From Turneriella sp. (GTDB lineage Bacteria; Spirochaetota; Leptospiria; Turneriellales; Turneriellaceae), in the NCBI GenBank assembly GCA_965279515.1, contig CBDIID010000003.1, positions 4,480,001 through 4,544,000 on the forward strand: a DNA stretch of 64,000 bases, read 5' to 3'. A program made the position numbers and the translations under genes. A model generated the notes under the pieces. The model was not told where the DNA came from. It saw nothing but the letters and a program-made list of their open reading frames with translations, and did not search any database. Shown one piece after another: positions 28,375 through 38,317 of this stretch (positions are counted from its first letter, which is position 1; every line of letters starts with the position of its first letter).

Positions 28375-29259
28375 ATGCAAAAGCCCGGCGCCGGAAAAGT
28401 TTTAGGCCGCGGCCTTTCAAACCTGCTCGACCATACAGCTATGCCCGAAGCGGGTGAGCGCGTACAAGAAATTGACATCGGCCTCATTAAGCCCAACCCT
28501 GAAAATCCGCGCAAAAAATTCGACCGCACCGCGATTGAAGAACTCGCGCAGACCATCAAAGAGCATGGCCTGCTGCAACCGATTTTGGTGCAGAAAAAAG
28601 GTGAAATCTATACGGTGATTTCCGGTGAGCGCCGCCTGCGCTCGCTGATGAGTCTGGGCTATCCCAAGGCCCCGTGCATTGTCAAAGAACTCGATCGCAA
28701 AAAGACGCTCGAGGTGTCGCTCATTGAAAACATCCAGCGCGAGCAGCTCGACGCGATCGAAGAGGCCAGTGTCTATAAGACGCTGATGGCCGATTATTCG
28801 ATGACGCAGGAAGACGTCGCTGACCGCGTGGGCAAAAACCGCGCGACGGTCGCCAACCGGCTGAGGCTGCTGAATCTCCCCGAAATTGTACAGGCGGCGA
28901 TCGCCGACGGACGGCTCACCGAAGGGCAGGCAAGACCACTCTTGTCTGTGAAGAACAGCGACCTACAGCTCAAGCTCTTTAAAGAGATTACCACGGGCCA
29001 GGGGTTGAATGCGCGGCAGATCGAAGACCGCGCGCGCTCGCTGTCGCAGCCCAAAGACAACAAGAAGAACGATAAGCCGAAAAAAATCGACGCCAATATC
29101 AAGGCCGTCGCGCAGAAGCTCGAAGAACAGCTCGGCATGCGCACGCGCATCAAGTATAACGCACAAAAGAAAAGTGGCACCCTCGCTGTAGATTTTTTCT
29201 CGCTCGATGATCTCGAAAAACTGCTGAAAATCCTGGGCCTGAAGCGCGTGTCGCTCTGA
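28375..29259 (+). CDS. parB: Chromosome partitioning protein ParB/Spo0J
   Basis: LGRGL, NPRKKF, GLLQPILV, GERRLR, LIENIQRE, HTH; start moved to ATG 28375. Confidence 0.96.
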   Translation: MQKPGAGKVLGRGLSNLLDHTAMPEAGERVQEIDIGLIKPNPENPRKKFDRTAIEELAQTIKEHGLLQPILVQKKGEIYTVISGERRLRSLMSLGYPKAPCIVKELDRKKTLEVSLIENIQREQLDAIEEASVYKTLMADYSMTQEDVADRVGKNRATVANRLRLLNLPEIVQAAIADGRLTEGQARPLLSVKNSDLQLKLFKEITTGQGLNARQIEDRARSLSQPKDNKKNDKPKKIDANIKAVAQKLEEQLGMRTRIKYNAQKKSGTLAVDFFSLDDLEKLLKILGLKRVSL

Positions 29260-29266
29260 GAAAATC

Positions 29267-30361
29267 ATGGCCCGCAGTTTCCTGAACAGTATTACGCAAA
29301 ACGCCGCGCATTACACACCGGGCGAGCAGGTCAACGAAACGGGCTGGATCAAACTCAACACCAACGAGAGTCCCCTGGCGCCGTCGCCGCGTGTCTTCAA
29401 GGTTCTCGCCGGGCTTGTCGGGCAGGGCGATATTTTGCGCAAATACAGCCATCCCCTCGGTGAGCCATTGCTTACGGCGCTTGCAGATTACTGGCAGATC
29501 GATAAGGCCCGCCTGATGGTGACCAATGGCTCGGACGAAGCACTGGCCCTGCTGTGCCGCGCGACGCTTTCGGCGGAGCGCGCCGCGGTTTTCCCCGGAG
29601 TCACTTACAGTCTCTACAAAACCCTGGTAACGAATGCCGGCGCAAAGTACCTCGAGGTACCCGTTATCGCCAAACGGGGCCAACCCTACGGTGTCGATCT
29701 CGACGCTCTCGAACGCTCCGACGCGGCCGTCGTTTTTGTCGCGAACCCCAATGCGATTACCGGCGAATACCTGGCGCGCGAGAATCTCAAAGCCGTTATC
29801 GCAAAGTCAGAAAAACTCTGGGTTGTCGATGAGGCCTACAATGACTTTGCCGGGCCTGAGGCGACCATGATGGCCTATGTCGGCGAGTTGGATAACCTCG
29901 TGGTGACGCGCACTTTTTCCAAAACGCACGCACTTGCCGGACTGCGTGTCGGGTATCTCGCCACCTCGAATACAATACTCATGAATGGCCTGATGGCGCA
30001 CAAGGATTCTTATAATGAAGACGCTATCGCCACACGCCTTGCCACAGCGGCGCTCGAAGACAGGGACTGGCACCGCAGCATTCTGCGCGCGGTGAGCGCG
30101 GGGCGTGAGTTTCTGCGCGGCGAACTTGGCGCGATGGGTTTTACCGTCTATGAGTCGTCGGCAAACTATCTGCTGGCCAAAGCTCCAGAGAAAATGGCTG
30201 CAGCGGACATTGTGGAAAAACTACGCGCTTACAAAATGCTGATCCGTTATTATGCAGGTTCCATCTTCTCCGATTGCGTGCGCATCAGCGTCGGCGCCGA
30301 GGGTGAGAATGCAAAGCTGATCGGCTCCCTGAAAGAAATTCTGGCGAAGGCCGGTAGCTGA
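29267..30361 (+). CDS. hisC: Histidinol-phosphate aminotransferase
   Basis: KLNTNESP, NGSDE, NPNA.TG, DEAY, RTFSKTHALAGLRVGY. Confidence 0.9.
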   Translation: MARSFLNSITQNAAHYTPGEQVNETGWIKLNTNESPLAPSPRVFKVLAGLVGQGDILRKYSHPLGEPLLTALADYWQIDKARLMVTNGSDEALALLCRATLSAERAAVFPGVTYSLYKTLVTNAGAKYLEVPVIAKRGQPYGVDLDALERSDAAVVFVANPNAITGEYLARENLKAVIAKSEKLWVVDEAYNDFAGPEATMMAYVGELDNLVVTRTFSKTHALAGLRVGYLATSNTILMNGLMAHKDSYNEDAIATRLATAALEDRDWHRSILRAVSAGREFLRGELGAMGFTVYESSANYLLAKAPEKMAAADIVEKLRAYKMLIRYYAGSIFSDCVRISVGAEGENAKLIGSLKEILAKAGS

Positions 30362-30362
30362 C

Positions 30363-31406
30363 ATGGCCGGCGTCAATATGACCTATCGTTTTTTATCGTG
30401 GTTGCGCCTGGCGAAGAAACCTGAGGGCATCGACGTCACCCCGAAAACAGACTGGCACGAGCACCACATCGTCTCGCTGAAAAAGCACGAACGCTTTCGC
30501 GAAAAAGCCGGGGGAATTCCCCTGTTCGGTACAAAACCGACCTGGGTGCACCTTTACCCCCGCAATGAGCAGGATCTGATCGAAATATTACACCGCTACG
30601 ATATTCACCCTTTGACGGTAGAAGATATTTTTAACTCTTCGAACCGCATCAAACGCGAAAAATTTCCGCACTACACTTACCTGTGCTTTCGTGGCGTTCA
30701 CCTCAACGGCAGCTATATTTCGAGTAACGACTTTAACTTTATCATTACGAAAAAAACAATTATTACCATTTCAGAGAGCGAACGTACGACCATCGACCGT
30801 CTGCTTGCCGATGAAAGTTTATGCCGCGAGCTGCTCAAAAAGGGGCCGGAGTTCATTCTTCACCGCATACTCGACGTCGAAACGGATCATACACTGCACA
30901 TTGTTCACGACATCGACCTCGTATTCGAGCGTTCCGAAAGTATGCTGCTGATGCATAGCGCAAAACTCGACATTGCGATGGTCTTCGAGCTTAAGTCTTC
31001 CCTGGCCCTGATCAAAAAGCTGATTTTGACGCATAAAGAGATTTTCGACGAGATGCAGCTGCACGACATCAAACATTTCTCCCCCGATTCAGCCGCCTTC
31101 TTCCGTGACGTGCGCGACCATGCCATTAAGATCATTGATACCATCGACGGTATCTCGCAGGCGATTGCTTCGGCGATCGAAGCCTATAATACGATTTCAA
31201 CAAAACGCACGAACGATATCATCCGCATTCTGACGATCATGACGGCGATTATGCTGCCCTTAACGCTTGTCACGGGTTATTTTGGCATGAACTTCAAGAA
31301 CCTGCCTCTTACAGAAGATCATTATGGCTACCTGAAGACCATCGTCGGCATGGGCATTCTCGCGATCACGATGATCGTATTTTTTCTCAAGAAAAAGTGG
31401 CTTTAA
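30363..31406 (+). CDS. corA: CorA-family Mg/Co transporter
   Basis: IHPLTVED, FFRDVRDH, GYFGMNF signature, two C-terminal TMs. Confidence 0.92.
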   Translation: MAGVNMTYRFLSWLRLAKKPEGIDVTPKTDWHEHHIVSLKKHERFREKAGGIPLFGTKPTWVHLYPRNEQDLIEILHRYDIHPLTVEDIFNSSNRIKREKFPHYTYLCFRGVHLNGSYISSNDFNFIITKKTIITISESERTTIDRLLADESLCRELLKKGPEFILHRILDVETDHTLHIVHDIDLVFERSESMLLMHSAKLDIAMVFELKSSLALIKKLILTHKEIFDEMQLHDIKHFSPDSAAFFRDVRDHAIKIIDTIDGISQAIASAIEAYNTISTKRTNDIIRILTIMTAIMLPLTLVTGYFGMNFKNLPLTEDHYGYLKTIVGMGILAITMIVFFLKKKWL

Positions 31407-31411
31407 CCGGC

Positions 31412-31825
31412 CTATTGTTCCGGCGGGACGTCGGGTTTCGGTTTATAACGTTTACCTTCTTCATACTCTTTGAGCTCATCAGCGTCGGGCGCCGCGGTCT
31501 TTTGGTAGCCGATTTTCTCGCTTAGGGGTAAATCCGCCGCGCGGATTTCAAACAGTATTTCGCGATGGTAGTTGGGGCAGGTGTGGCAGGCCTGGCAGGT
31601 GGCTTTATCGCGGAAATACTCGCGCAGCACGCGGATGAAGGGCTTCTTAAATTTTGCCTTCTCCGCTTCGAATCCCGGCGGGGTATAATGGAAAACCGGC
31701 CCTGAAGAAACACATTTCGGGCCGCCGATGAATTCATGCGAAACCCAGAGCGTGGCCTCCGGCGCCTTGGCGGCTTCAGCCGCGATCGCTGCCGTAAATG
31801 CCAAACCGAGGAGCAGTCGCCGCAT
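31412..31825 (-). CDS. Exported hypothetical protein with CxxCHxC motif
   Basis: Signal peptide; CQACHTC. Confidence 0.65.
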   Translation of the reverse strand: MRRLLLGLAFTAAIAAEAAKAPEATLWVSHEFIGGPKCVSSGPVFHYTPPGFEAEKAKFKKPFIRVLREYFRDKATCQACHTCPNYHREILFEIRAADLPLSEKIGYQKTAAPDADELKEYEEGKRYKPKPDVPPEQ

Positions 31826-32613
31826 CAGGTTGTCCGGCCGAGGCGTTTCATGATCTGTGCGGCGATGCGCGTCGCCATACTGCGCGGCGTGAAGCGGGTG
31901 AAGAAGACCAGCAGTTTGTTTTTAAAACCTGCGGTGACATAGGGTTTATGCCCCAGTGCATCGAGCGCCGCCTTGACGACGGGGGCGGCAGCCATGGCGC
32001 CGGGAATCGGCTTTGTCTCGGCGACTGTCGAGAACTCTGTCTCGGTCGAGCCGGGGCATAACGTGGTGACATCCACCCCGTATTTTTTCATTTCATACCA
32101 CAGGCCTTCGCCGAGCAGCAGGTCATAGACTTTCGTTGCCGCATAATGAGTCATGTATGGCACCGCCTGGAATGACACGACGGAGCTCACCATGATGATG
32201 CCGCCGCGGCGGTGCGAAGCCATGATTTTGCCGTACTCATGCGCAATGATCAGGGGGGCGCGGCAGTTGACGTCGAGCATGCGTAGCTCGTAATCGAGGC
32301 TGTTCTCGGTAAATTCGCCCGCCAAACCGAACCCGGCATTGTTGACGACGAGGCCGATATTGAGTTTGGCGGTGTGTTTCTTCAGCGTGTTCAGGAAATT
32401 AGGTTTTGCGAGATCGAGCGGAACTACCTTCACCTGGATGCCATGCTCGAGCCGCAGCGCTACAGCGAGTTCATTCAGCCTGTCTTTGCGTCTTGCAACA
32501 AGTATCAGATCGAGTTTCTGCGCGGCGAGCTGGCGCGCGAATTCGGCGCCGAGACCCGAACTTGCCCCGGTGATCAGGGCCCATGCGCCATAGCGGTTGC
32601 GGAAGTCGGTCAT
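31825..32613 (-). CDS. Short-chain dehydrogenase/reductase
   Basis: ITGASSGLG, NNAGFG, YAATK. Confidence 0.93.
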   Translation of the reverse strand: MTDFRNRYGAWALITGASSGLGAEFARQLAAQKLDLILVARRKDRLNELAVALRLEHGIQVKVVPLDLAKPNFLNTLKKHTAKLNIGLVVNNAGFGLAGEFTENSLDYELRMLDVNCRAPLIIAHEYGKIMASHRRGGIIMVSSVVSFQAVPYMTHYAATKVYDLLLGEGLWYEMKKYGVDVTTLCPGSTETEFSTVAETKPIPGAMAAAPVVKAALDALGHKPYVTAGFKNKLLVFFTRFTPRSMATRIAAQIMKRLGRTT

Positions 32614-32616
32614 GGT

Positions 32617-33054
32617 TTAAGTGACCTCCATTTGTTTTTTGAGTTTCGAAAGGCCATTGCTCACGGCGAGTTTTAATAGCTGTTCTACGACGATGCCGCC
32701 GATACCCATCTCAAAGGTAATGTTCCAATCGATGGCGACAGCGCCATTTTCTTCTTTTAATGTGATTACACCGAGATGGTTAGAAAGGGGAGAGCCGCGT
32801 GTAATTTTGTATTCGATGGTTTCTGGTTTCCTGCTCTTTACTACGGTCTCGTCAAAATCCGAAAGCCCGAGAATTTTGAGTGTGCGTACAGAACCGGTGC
32901 CATTCACTCCCTCGCCGGCGGCAGTGGAATCTTTAGTTCGGCGGATATCCGCCATCATCCATTCGCCCATGCGGTTATGGTCGGCGAGGCGGTCAAAGAC
33001 ATCGCCGATCGGAGCACGGATTTTTTCGGTGATATGCGTTCGGTATTGGGACAT
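32617..33054 (-). CDS. SRPBCC-family protein
   Basis: IRAPIGDVFDRLADH, GTGSVRTL, polyketide-cyclase-like pattern. Confidence 0.85.
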   Translation of the reverse strand: MSQYRTHITEKIRAPIGDVFDRLADHNRMGEWMMADIRRTKDSTAAGEGVNGTGSVRTLKILGLSDFDETVVKSRKPETIEYKITRGSPLSNHLGVITLKEENGAVAIDWNITFEMGIGGIVVEQLLKLAVSNGLSKLKKQMEVT

Positions 33055-33177
33055 GTTTTCGCGTATGGGCTCTCGGTTAAGCCGTCAAGTGGGATGTACC
33101 TCGCGTATCGCTATCTCACTTAGGACCATTTCTTGACAGAGTGTCTAGAACGCAGACCTTTCCTTAACTGTTCAATT

Positions 33178-33193
33178 TGGCATTGAGTTTGCT
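33178..33193 (+). promoter_or_regulatory. Sigma54 (-24/-12) promoter of glnA
   Basis: TGGCAT-TGAGT-TTGCT, GG-N10-GC, close to consensus TGGCAC-N5-TTGCW. Confidence 0.75.
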
Positions 33194-33257
33194 GAATTTG
33201 TGACAGAAGGGATCGTTTGGTATTTCAATCCCGCTAACTTAAAAACTAGGAGATTTT

Positions 33258-34694
33258 ATGGCGAAATTAAAATTCGGTTCATGGAAAGAAGTCATCGACT
33301 TTGCTAAAAAAAGCGGGGCGATTTTCTATGATTTCAGATTCTCAGATATCGGCGGCGCATGGCACCACGTCTCATACCACGTCGACTCTATCACCGAAGA
33401 ATCATTCAAGGGATTACCATTCGACGGTAGCTCAATCACAAAATGGCAGCCTATTAACCAGTCGGACATGCAGCTCATTCCCGATATGGAAGGTGCTTTC
33501 CTCGACCCATTTACTGCTGATGTGACTCTCGTTGTTTTTTGCGACGTCTATGACATCTATAAGAAGCAGATGTATGAAAAGTGTCCGCGCTCGATCGCGA
33601 AAAAAGCGATCCAGTTCCTCAATAAATCAGGTCTCGGCGACACGGCCTTTTTCGGACCAGAGAACGAGTTTTTTATCTTTGATTCGATCCGCGTGCGCGA
33701 CGACATCAACTGCCAGTATTATGAAATCGACAGTAACGAAGGCGCATGGAATACAGCGACCGCTGCCGTCGGCGACGGCCACAACCTCGGCCACCGCCCT
33801 GGAACCAAAGGCGGTTATTTCCCGGTTGCACCGCGCGACTCACAGGTCGACATCCGCGCTGAGATCGTGAAGACCCTTCACCAGATCGGCCTCGAAACCT
33901 TTGTTGTTCACCACGAAGTGGCGCAGGGACAGGGCGAGATCGGCGTGAAGTTCGGTACGCTCGTCGAAGCGGCTGACAATGTGCAGAAGCTGAAATACGT
34001 TGTGAAAAACGTGGCGAAACGCCATGGCAAAACCGCAACGTTCATGCCGAAGCCGCTCTTCGGCGACAACGGTAACGGTATGCACGTGCACCAGTCGATC
34101 TGGAAAGCGGGCGAGAACCAATTCGCTGGTAGCAAATACCAGGAACTCAGCGACTTTGCACTCAACTACATCGGTGGCGTTCTGAAGTATGCGCGCGCGA
34201 TCGCGGCCTTCTCGAATGCATCGACAAACTCGTACAAACGTCTGATCCCGGGCTTCGAAGCTCCTTCGATTCTGACCTATTCGGCGCAGAACCGCTCGGC
34301 TTCGTGCCGTATCCCGTTTGTATCGGGCGCAAAAGCGAAACGCGCAGAATTCCGTTTCCCGGATTCGACAGCCAACCCATACCTCTGCTTTGCGGCGATG
34401 CTGATGGCAGGCCTTAAGGGAGTTCAGGACAAGATCGATCCAGGCAAACCGATGGAAGAAGATTTGTTCGAACTTTCACTCGACGAAATCCGCGAGAAGG
34501 GCATCAAACAAATGCCACACACTCTGCGTGAAGCGATCGAAGAAATGCTGGCGAACCGCGCGATCTTTGAGCAAGGTGAAGTTTTCACAAAAGAATTCAT
34601 CGAGACTTACAAAGAGCTGAAGTTTGAATCGGAAGTCTGGCCGTGGGAAGCACGTCCTCACCCATTCGAATTCCTCGCTACGTATAGCTGTTAA
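33258..34694 (+). CDS. glnA: Glutamine synthetase type I
   Basis: [53 protein letters not shown]. Confidence 0.98.
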   Translation: MAKLKFGSWKEVIDFAKKSGAIFYDFRFSDIGGAWHHVSYHVDSITEESFKGLPFDGSSITKWQPINQSDMQLIPDMEGAFLDPFTADVTLVVFCDVYDIYKKQMYEKCPRSIAKKAIQFLNKSGLGDTAFFGPENEFFIFDSIRVRDDINCQYYEIDSNEGAWNTATAAVGDGHNLGHRPGTKGGYFPVAPRDSQVDIRAEIVKTLHQIGLETFVVHHEVAQGQGEIGVKFGTLVEAADNVQKLKYVVKNVAKRHGKTATFMPKPLFGDNGNGMHVHQSIWKAGENQFAGSKYQELSDFALNYIGGVLKYARAIAAFSNASTNSYKRLIPGFEAPSILTYSAQNRSASCRIPFVSGAKAKRAEFRFPDSTANPYLCFAAMLMAGLKGVQDKIDPGKPMEEDLFELSLDEIREKGIKQMPHTLREAIEEMLANRAIFEQGEVFTKEFIETYKELKFESEVWPWEARPHPFEFLATYSC

Positions 34695-34697
34695 TTA

Positions 34698-34750
34698 TTT
34701 CAGGGGCAAGCCCCCTGAAATCCCCTAAAGGCCCCGTAAGGGGCTTTTTT
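34698..34750 (+). terminator. Double hairpin with rho-independent terminator after glnA
   Basis: TTTCAGGGG/CCCCTGAAA then GCCCC-GTAA-GGGGC-TTTTTT. Confidence 0.85.
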
Positions 34751-34789
34751 ATTTGCTAAGACAATATGTTTTACGCGATGTGAGAATGT

Positions 34790-35251
34790 TTGTTAAAGAC
34801 GGTCTCTGTGCCAGAAATTTTAGTTAAATTTGCCCTGCTAAAAGAGCAGGCGGATGTACCTTCCCGCCAATCCGAACATGCAGCCGGTTATGATATCTAT
34901 GCATGCCTTGAAAGTGATTTCACCCTTGAACGGGGCAAAATTTTTCCGGTCCCGACGGGTATTTCCGTGGAAATTCCGCCGGGTTACCATATTTCGATCC
35001 GCGCGCGTTCGGGCATGGCGGTGAAGCATGGCCTGACACCCGTCAATACACCCGGTACGATCGACGCCGACTACCGCGGGGAAATTTTTGTCCCGCTTAT
35101 CAATTTGGGTCAGGCAGATTATACTATAAAGCATGGAGATCGCATCGCGCAGCTGCTGCTGGAAAAAACGTACAACATCCGCTGGGTCGAAGGTGAGCTT
35201 TCAGACACAGCGCGCGGGGAAGGAAAGTTTGGTTCCACAGGTCAGCGCTGA
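34790..35251 (+). CDS. dut: dUTP diphosphatase (start uncertain)
   Basis: [35 protein letters not shown]. Confidence 0.96.
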   Translation: MLKTVSVPEILVKFALLKEQADVPSRQSEHAAGYDIYACLESDFTLERGKIFPVPTGISVEIPPGYHISIRARSGMAVKHGLTPVNTPGTIDADYRGEIFVPLINLGQADYTIKHGDRIAQLLLEKTYNIRWVEGELSDTARGEGKFGSTGQR

Positions 35252-36890
35252 TCCCGCCGGCATTATCGATTACCCGCGCCGCCTGACACGCGACCGCATC
35301 TATTTTGCCTTTGGCGGCGGCGTCGGTAAGTTTGGTACTAACTTCACGGTCTTTCATCTCAATGGCACAACGATCTGGGTCGATCTGGGTTCGGGATTTG
35401 CCAACCACCATACGCCTGGCATGGATAAAAACCTGCCTAACCGCCAGCTCTTGCTGGGATTTCCCCCGTCGGCGATTTTTCTAACGCATGGCCATGAAGA
35501 CCACATCGGCGCCGTGCCGCATTTAACCGAAGTCATTCCACAGGGCACACCGTTCTATGCCTCGCCGTTCACGACAGCACTGCTTACAAACCGTCTCAAA
35601 GACAGGGCGATCGATCCCGGCCGCTGGAAATTCAACCTGATCGAACAGAACAGCGAGACGACGATTGGCGATTTCCGTGTCTTCACGTTCTTCATGCCAC
35701 ATTCGATTCCGCAGTGTTTTTCTGTCGGTCTTGAGGCAGAGGTCGCGGGTTTGACCAAGCGCGTCTATTTTTCCAGTGACTTCAAACTCAAGGGCACCGA
35801 AGTGCGCCATAAGGTGCAGCAGATCAAAAAATTTGCGCCTGTCGACTTCCTGTTTGTCGATTCGACGGGCTCGCTGCATGACGGTGAGACAGCTGACGAA
35901 AAAGAGGTGGATGAATCCCTGGAAAAGCTTATCCAGAAGACAAAAGGCCGCATTTTTCTGACAACGTTCTCGTCGCAGGTCGAGCGTATTAAAAATCTTG
36001 TGAAGATTGCCGCGCAGGCCGGCCGTCCGATTGGTTTTTTGGGCCGTTCCCTCAAAGCCCAGTGGGAGGCTGCCTTCCAGTCGAAAGAAGTGTCGCAGCC
36101 TCTGCATATGATGAAACAGCCTTCTTTTACGAGCCAAAACGCGCTGTGGCTTGTCGCCGGCTGCCAGGCCGATAAGAACTCATCGTTCTCGAGGCTCACG
36201 CATGGCATGCTGACGAAAATACGCCTCAAAAAAGACGATACGATGATCTATTCGGCGAGTATGATTCCCGGCAACGAAGGGCGCATCTATGAATGCCTGA
36301 ACCTCGCTGCTGCTGCCGGTACGACCGTTGTCGGTGTCTCGGGCGACGTGCGCGTGCATGCCAGCGGGCATGGCAAGCGCGGCGACATCGAGAAGCTAAT
36401 CGGTTACCTGAGGCCGCGCACCATATTGCCGGTGCACGGCGACCCGCTGCATTTTGAATCTTTTCTGCATTTTATTTCCGATAAAAAGGTTCGAGTCGCG
36501 CTCACTGAGGAGCATAAAATCTATGCCTTGGGTGACGCACCGGAATTTGTCGAGTCGGTGCCTAATGAGACCTGTCTCGTCGAGCCCGGTGAGGTGCATT
36601 TCGAAGAGACGATCTACCGCGAGCGGGTGCACATGGGCGGCGAGGGCATCTGCATTGCGCTGTTTGATGCGGCGCGTTTCCAGTTATCCCGCCTCTCGTA
36701 TGTGGGAGTCATGAGCGAAACCCTGACGCAAAAACTGCAGAGCGAACTTTTCAGGGAAGCGGCGAAAATTGCCGCGGACCTTGCCGGCAGTGCCGATGCT
36801 AACCGCGAAAAGAAATTCCGCGACCGTTTGGGCCGGGTCCATCAGGATTTGATCGGCCGAAGTCCCTACGTGAAGATTCTTCAGCCATAA
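35229..36890 (+). CDS. rnj: Ribonuclease J (start uncertain, TTG 35229 chosen)
   Basis: [36 protein letters not shown]. Confidence 0.88.
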   Translation: MVPQVSADPAGIIDYPRRLTRDRIYFAFGGGVGKFGTNFTVFHLNGTTIWVDLGSGFANHHTPGMDKNLPNRQLLLGFPPSAIFLTHGHEDHIGAVPHLTEVIPQGTPFYASPFTTALLTNRLKDRAIDPGRWKFNLIEQNSETTIGDFRVFTFFMPHSIPQCFSVGLEAEVAGLTKRVYFSSDFKLKGTEVRHKVQQIKKFAPVDFLFVDSTGSLHDGETADEKEVDESLEKLIQKTKGRIFLTTFSSQVERIKNLVKIAAQAGRPIGFLGRSLKAQWEAAFQSKEVSQPLHMMKQPSFTSQNALWLVAGCQADKNSSFSRLTHGMLTKIRLKKDDTMIYSASMIPGNEGRIYECLNLAAAAGTTVVGVSGDVRVHASGHGKRGDIEKLIGYLRPRTILPVHGDPLHFESFLHFISDKKVRVALTEEHKIYALGDAPEFVESVPNETCLVEPGEVHFEETIYRERVHMGGEGICIALFDAARFQLSRLSYVGVMSETLTQKLQSELFREAAKIAADLAGSADANREKKFRDRLGRVHQDLIGRSPYVKILQP

Positions 36891-36894
36891 TACA

Positions 36895-37653
36895 GTGAAC
36901 GCGCTCAGAATCATTCCCTGCCTCGACGTTAAAGACGGCCGCGTTGTCAAAGGCGTGAATTTCGTAAATTTACGCGATGCCGGCGACGCGGTCGAATGCG
37001 CGAAGGCCTATGACGCCGCGGGCGCCGACGAGCTGGTCTTTCTCGACATCACGGCGTCGTCAGACCGGCGCAACATCATCATCGATCTCGTCAAACATGT
37101 CGCCGAGCATGTGTTTATCCCGTTCTGTGTCGGTGGCGGTATTCGCACCCTCGAAGACATGCAGCTGATTCTTGCCGAGGGTGCCGACAAAATCTCTGTC
37201 AACACCGCCGCGTTCCAGAAGCCGGAGATTTTGAAGCAGGGCGCCGAACATTTTGGCAGCCAGTGTATTGTCTGCGCGATCGATGTAAAATTTAACGGCA
37301 CGTTCCACGAGGTTTATCTCAATGGCGGCCGCACACCCACGGGCCGCGATGCGACCGATTGGGCGCTGGAGGCCGAATCCTTAGGCGCAGGGGAAATCCT
37401 GCTGACGTCGATGAACGCCGATGGCGCGAAAACCGGCTATGATCTCGAAATCACGCGCAAGATCGCCGCAGCGGTTTCCGTGCCCGTGATCGCCTCGGGC
37501 GGCGCAGGCAAGGTAGATCATTTTGCCGCGGCCTTCGATGCCGGCGCGCGTGCCGCACTCGCGGCATCGCTTTTTCATTTTAATGAACTGCAGATCGCCG
37601 ACCTGAAAAAATACCTGTCGCAAAAGGGATATCCCATGCGGCTGGATTTCTAG
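36895..37653 (+). CDS. hisF: Imidazole glycerol phosphate synthase subunit HisF
   Basis: [42 protein letters not shown]. Confidence 0.98.
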   Translation: MNALRIIPCLDVKDGRVVKGVNFVNLRDAGDAVECAKAYDAAGADELVFLDITASSDRRNIIIDLVKHVAEHVFIPFCVGGGIRTLEDMQLILAEGADKISVNTAAFQKPEILKQGAEHFGSQCIVCAIDVKFNGTFHEVYLNGGRTPTGRDATDWALEAESLGAGEILLTSMNADGAKTGYDLEITRKIAAAVSVPVIASGGAGKVDHFAAAFDAGARAALAASLFHFNELQIADLKKYLSQKGYPMRLDF

Positions 37654-37741
37654 GGATTATAGGTTATTCATCCCAGTACTGAACGCTTGTTCGTTTTCGA
37701 TTTTTGCTTGCTGTCTGGGCCCGGCTCTGTAAGGTCAGGCA

Positions 37742-38317
37742 ATGCGCGAATCGATTAGAGTTAAATTTTTGATACATGCCCCGGCGAAGGCGATCTACGA
37801 CGCCTGGCTTTCGGGCACCGAACACACGGCGATGACGGGCGCGAAGGCGACGGCCTCGCGGCTCGTGGGGGGTGAGTTCACCGCCTGGGACGGCGATATT
37901 TCCGGGAAAAACCTGCTGTTGCTGGACGGCAAAAAAATTGTCCAGAGCTGGCGCTCCTCAGAATTTCCCGAAGACGCGGCAGATTCCGTTTTGTCGGTGC
38001 AGTTCATCGAACAAAACGGCATTACCGAGGTTGACCTTGAGCACAAGGATATCCCACCGGGGCAGGGCGTGCAGTACCAATCGGGCTGGATCGAGTTCTA
38101 CGCGAATCCGATGCAGAAATATTTCGCCGCAAAATTCGGTGCGAAACCGGGCAAGGCCGGTAAAACTGCCGCGGCGAAGCCGAAAAAAGCAGTGCCAAAA
38201 AAGAAGGCAAGCAAAGCTAAAAAGAAAGTAGTCAAACCGAAAAGCAAGGCCAAACGGACCTTAGCCAAGACTAAAGTAAGGTCAAAAAAAACAGTCGCTA
38301 AGAAAAAAGGAAAATAA
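37742..38317 (+). CDS. SRPBCC/AHSA1-like protein with Lys/Ala-rich tail
   Basis: IYDAWL, GGEFTAWDG, IVQSWR, GWIEFY; C-terminal KKA-rich repeats. Confidence 0.85.
   Translation: MRESIRVKFLIHAPAKAIYDAWLSGTEHTAMTGAKATASRLVGGEFTAWDGDISGKNLLLLDGKKIVQSWRSSEFPEDAADSVLSVQFIEQNGITEVDLEHKDIPPGQGVQYQSGWIEFYANPMQKYFAAKFGAKPGKAGKTAAAKPKKAVPKKKASKAKKKVVKPKSKAKRTLAKTKVRSKKTVAKKKGK

Noticed and set aside
25303..29259. oriC or parS site near parA/parB
   Set aside because: No dnaA, no DnaA-box cluster and no TGTTTCACGTGAAACA-like palindrome seen by eye
35133..35251. dut-rnj fusion or programmed frameshift
   Set aside because: Different frames; a simple overlap with an alternative TTG start explains it
37681..37692. 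LexA (GAAC-N4-GTTC) SOS box
   Set aside because: About one match expected by chance per 64 kb, and the adjacent gene is not a DNA-repair gene
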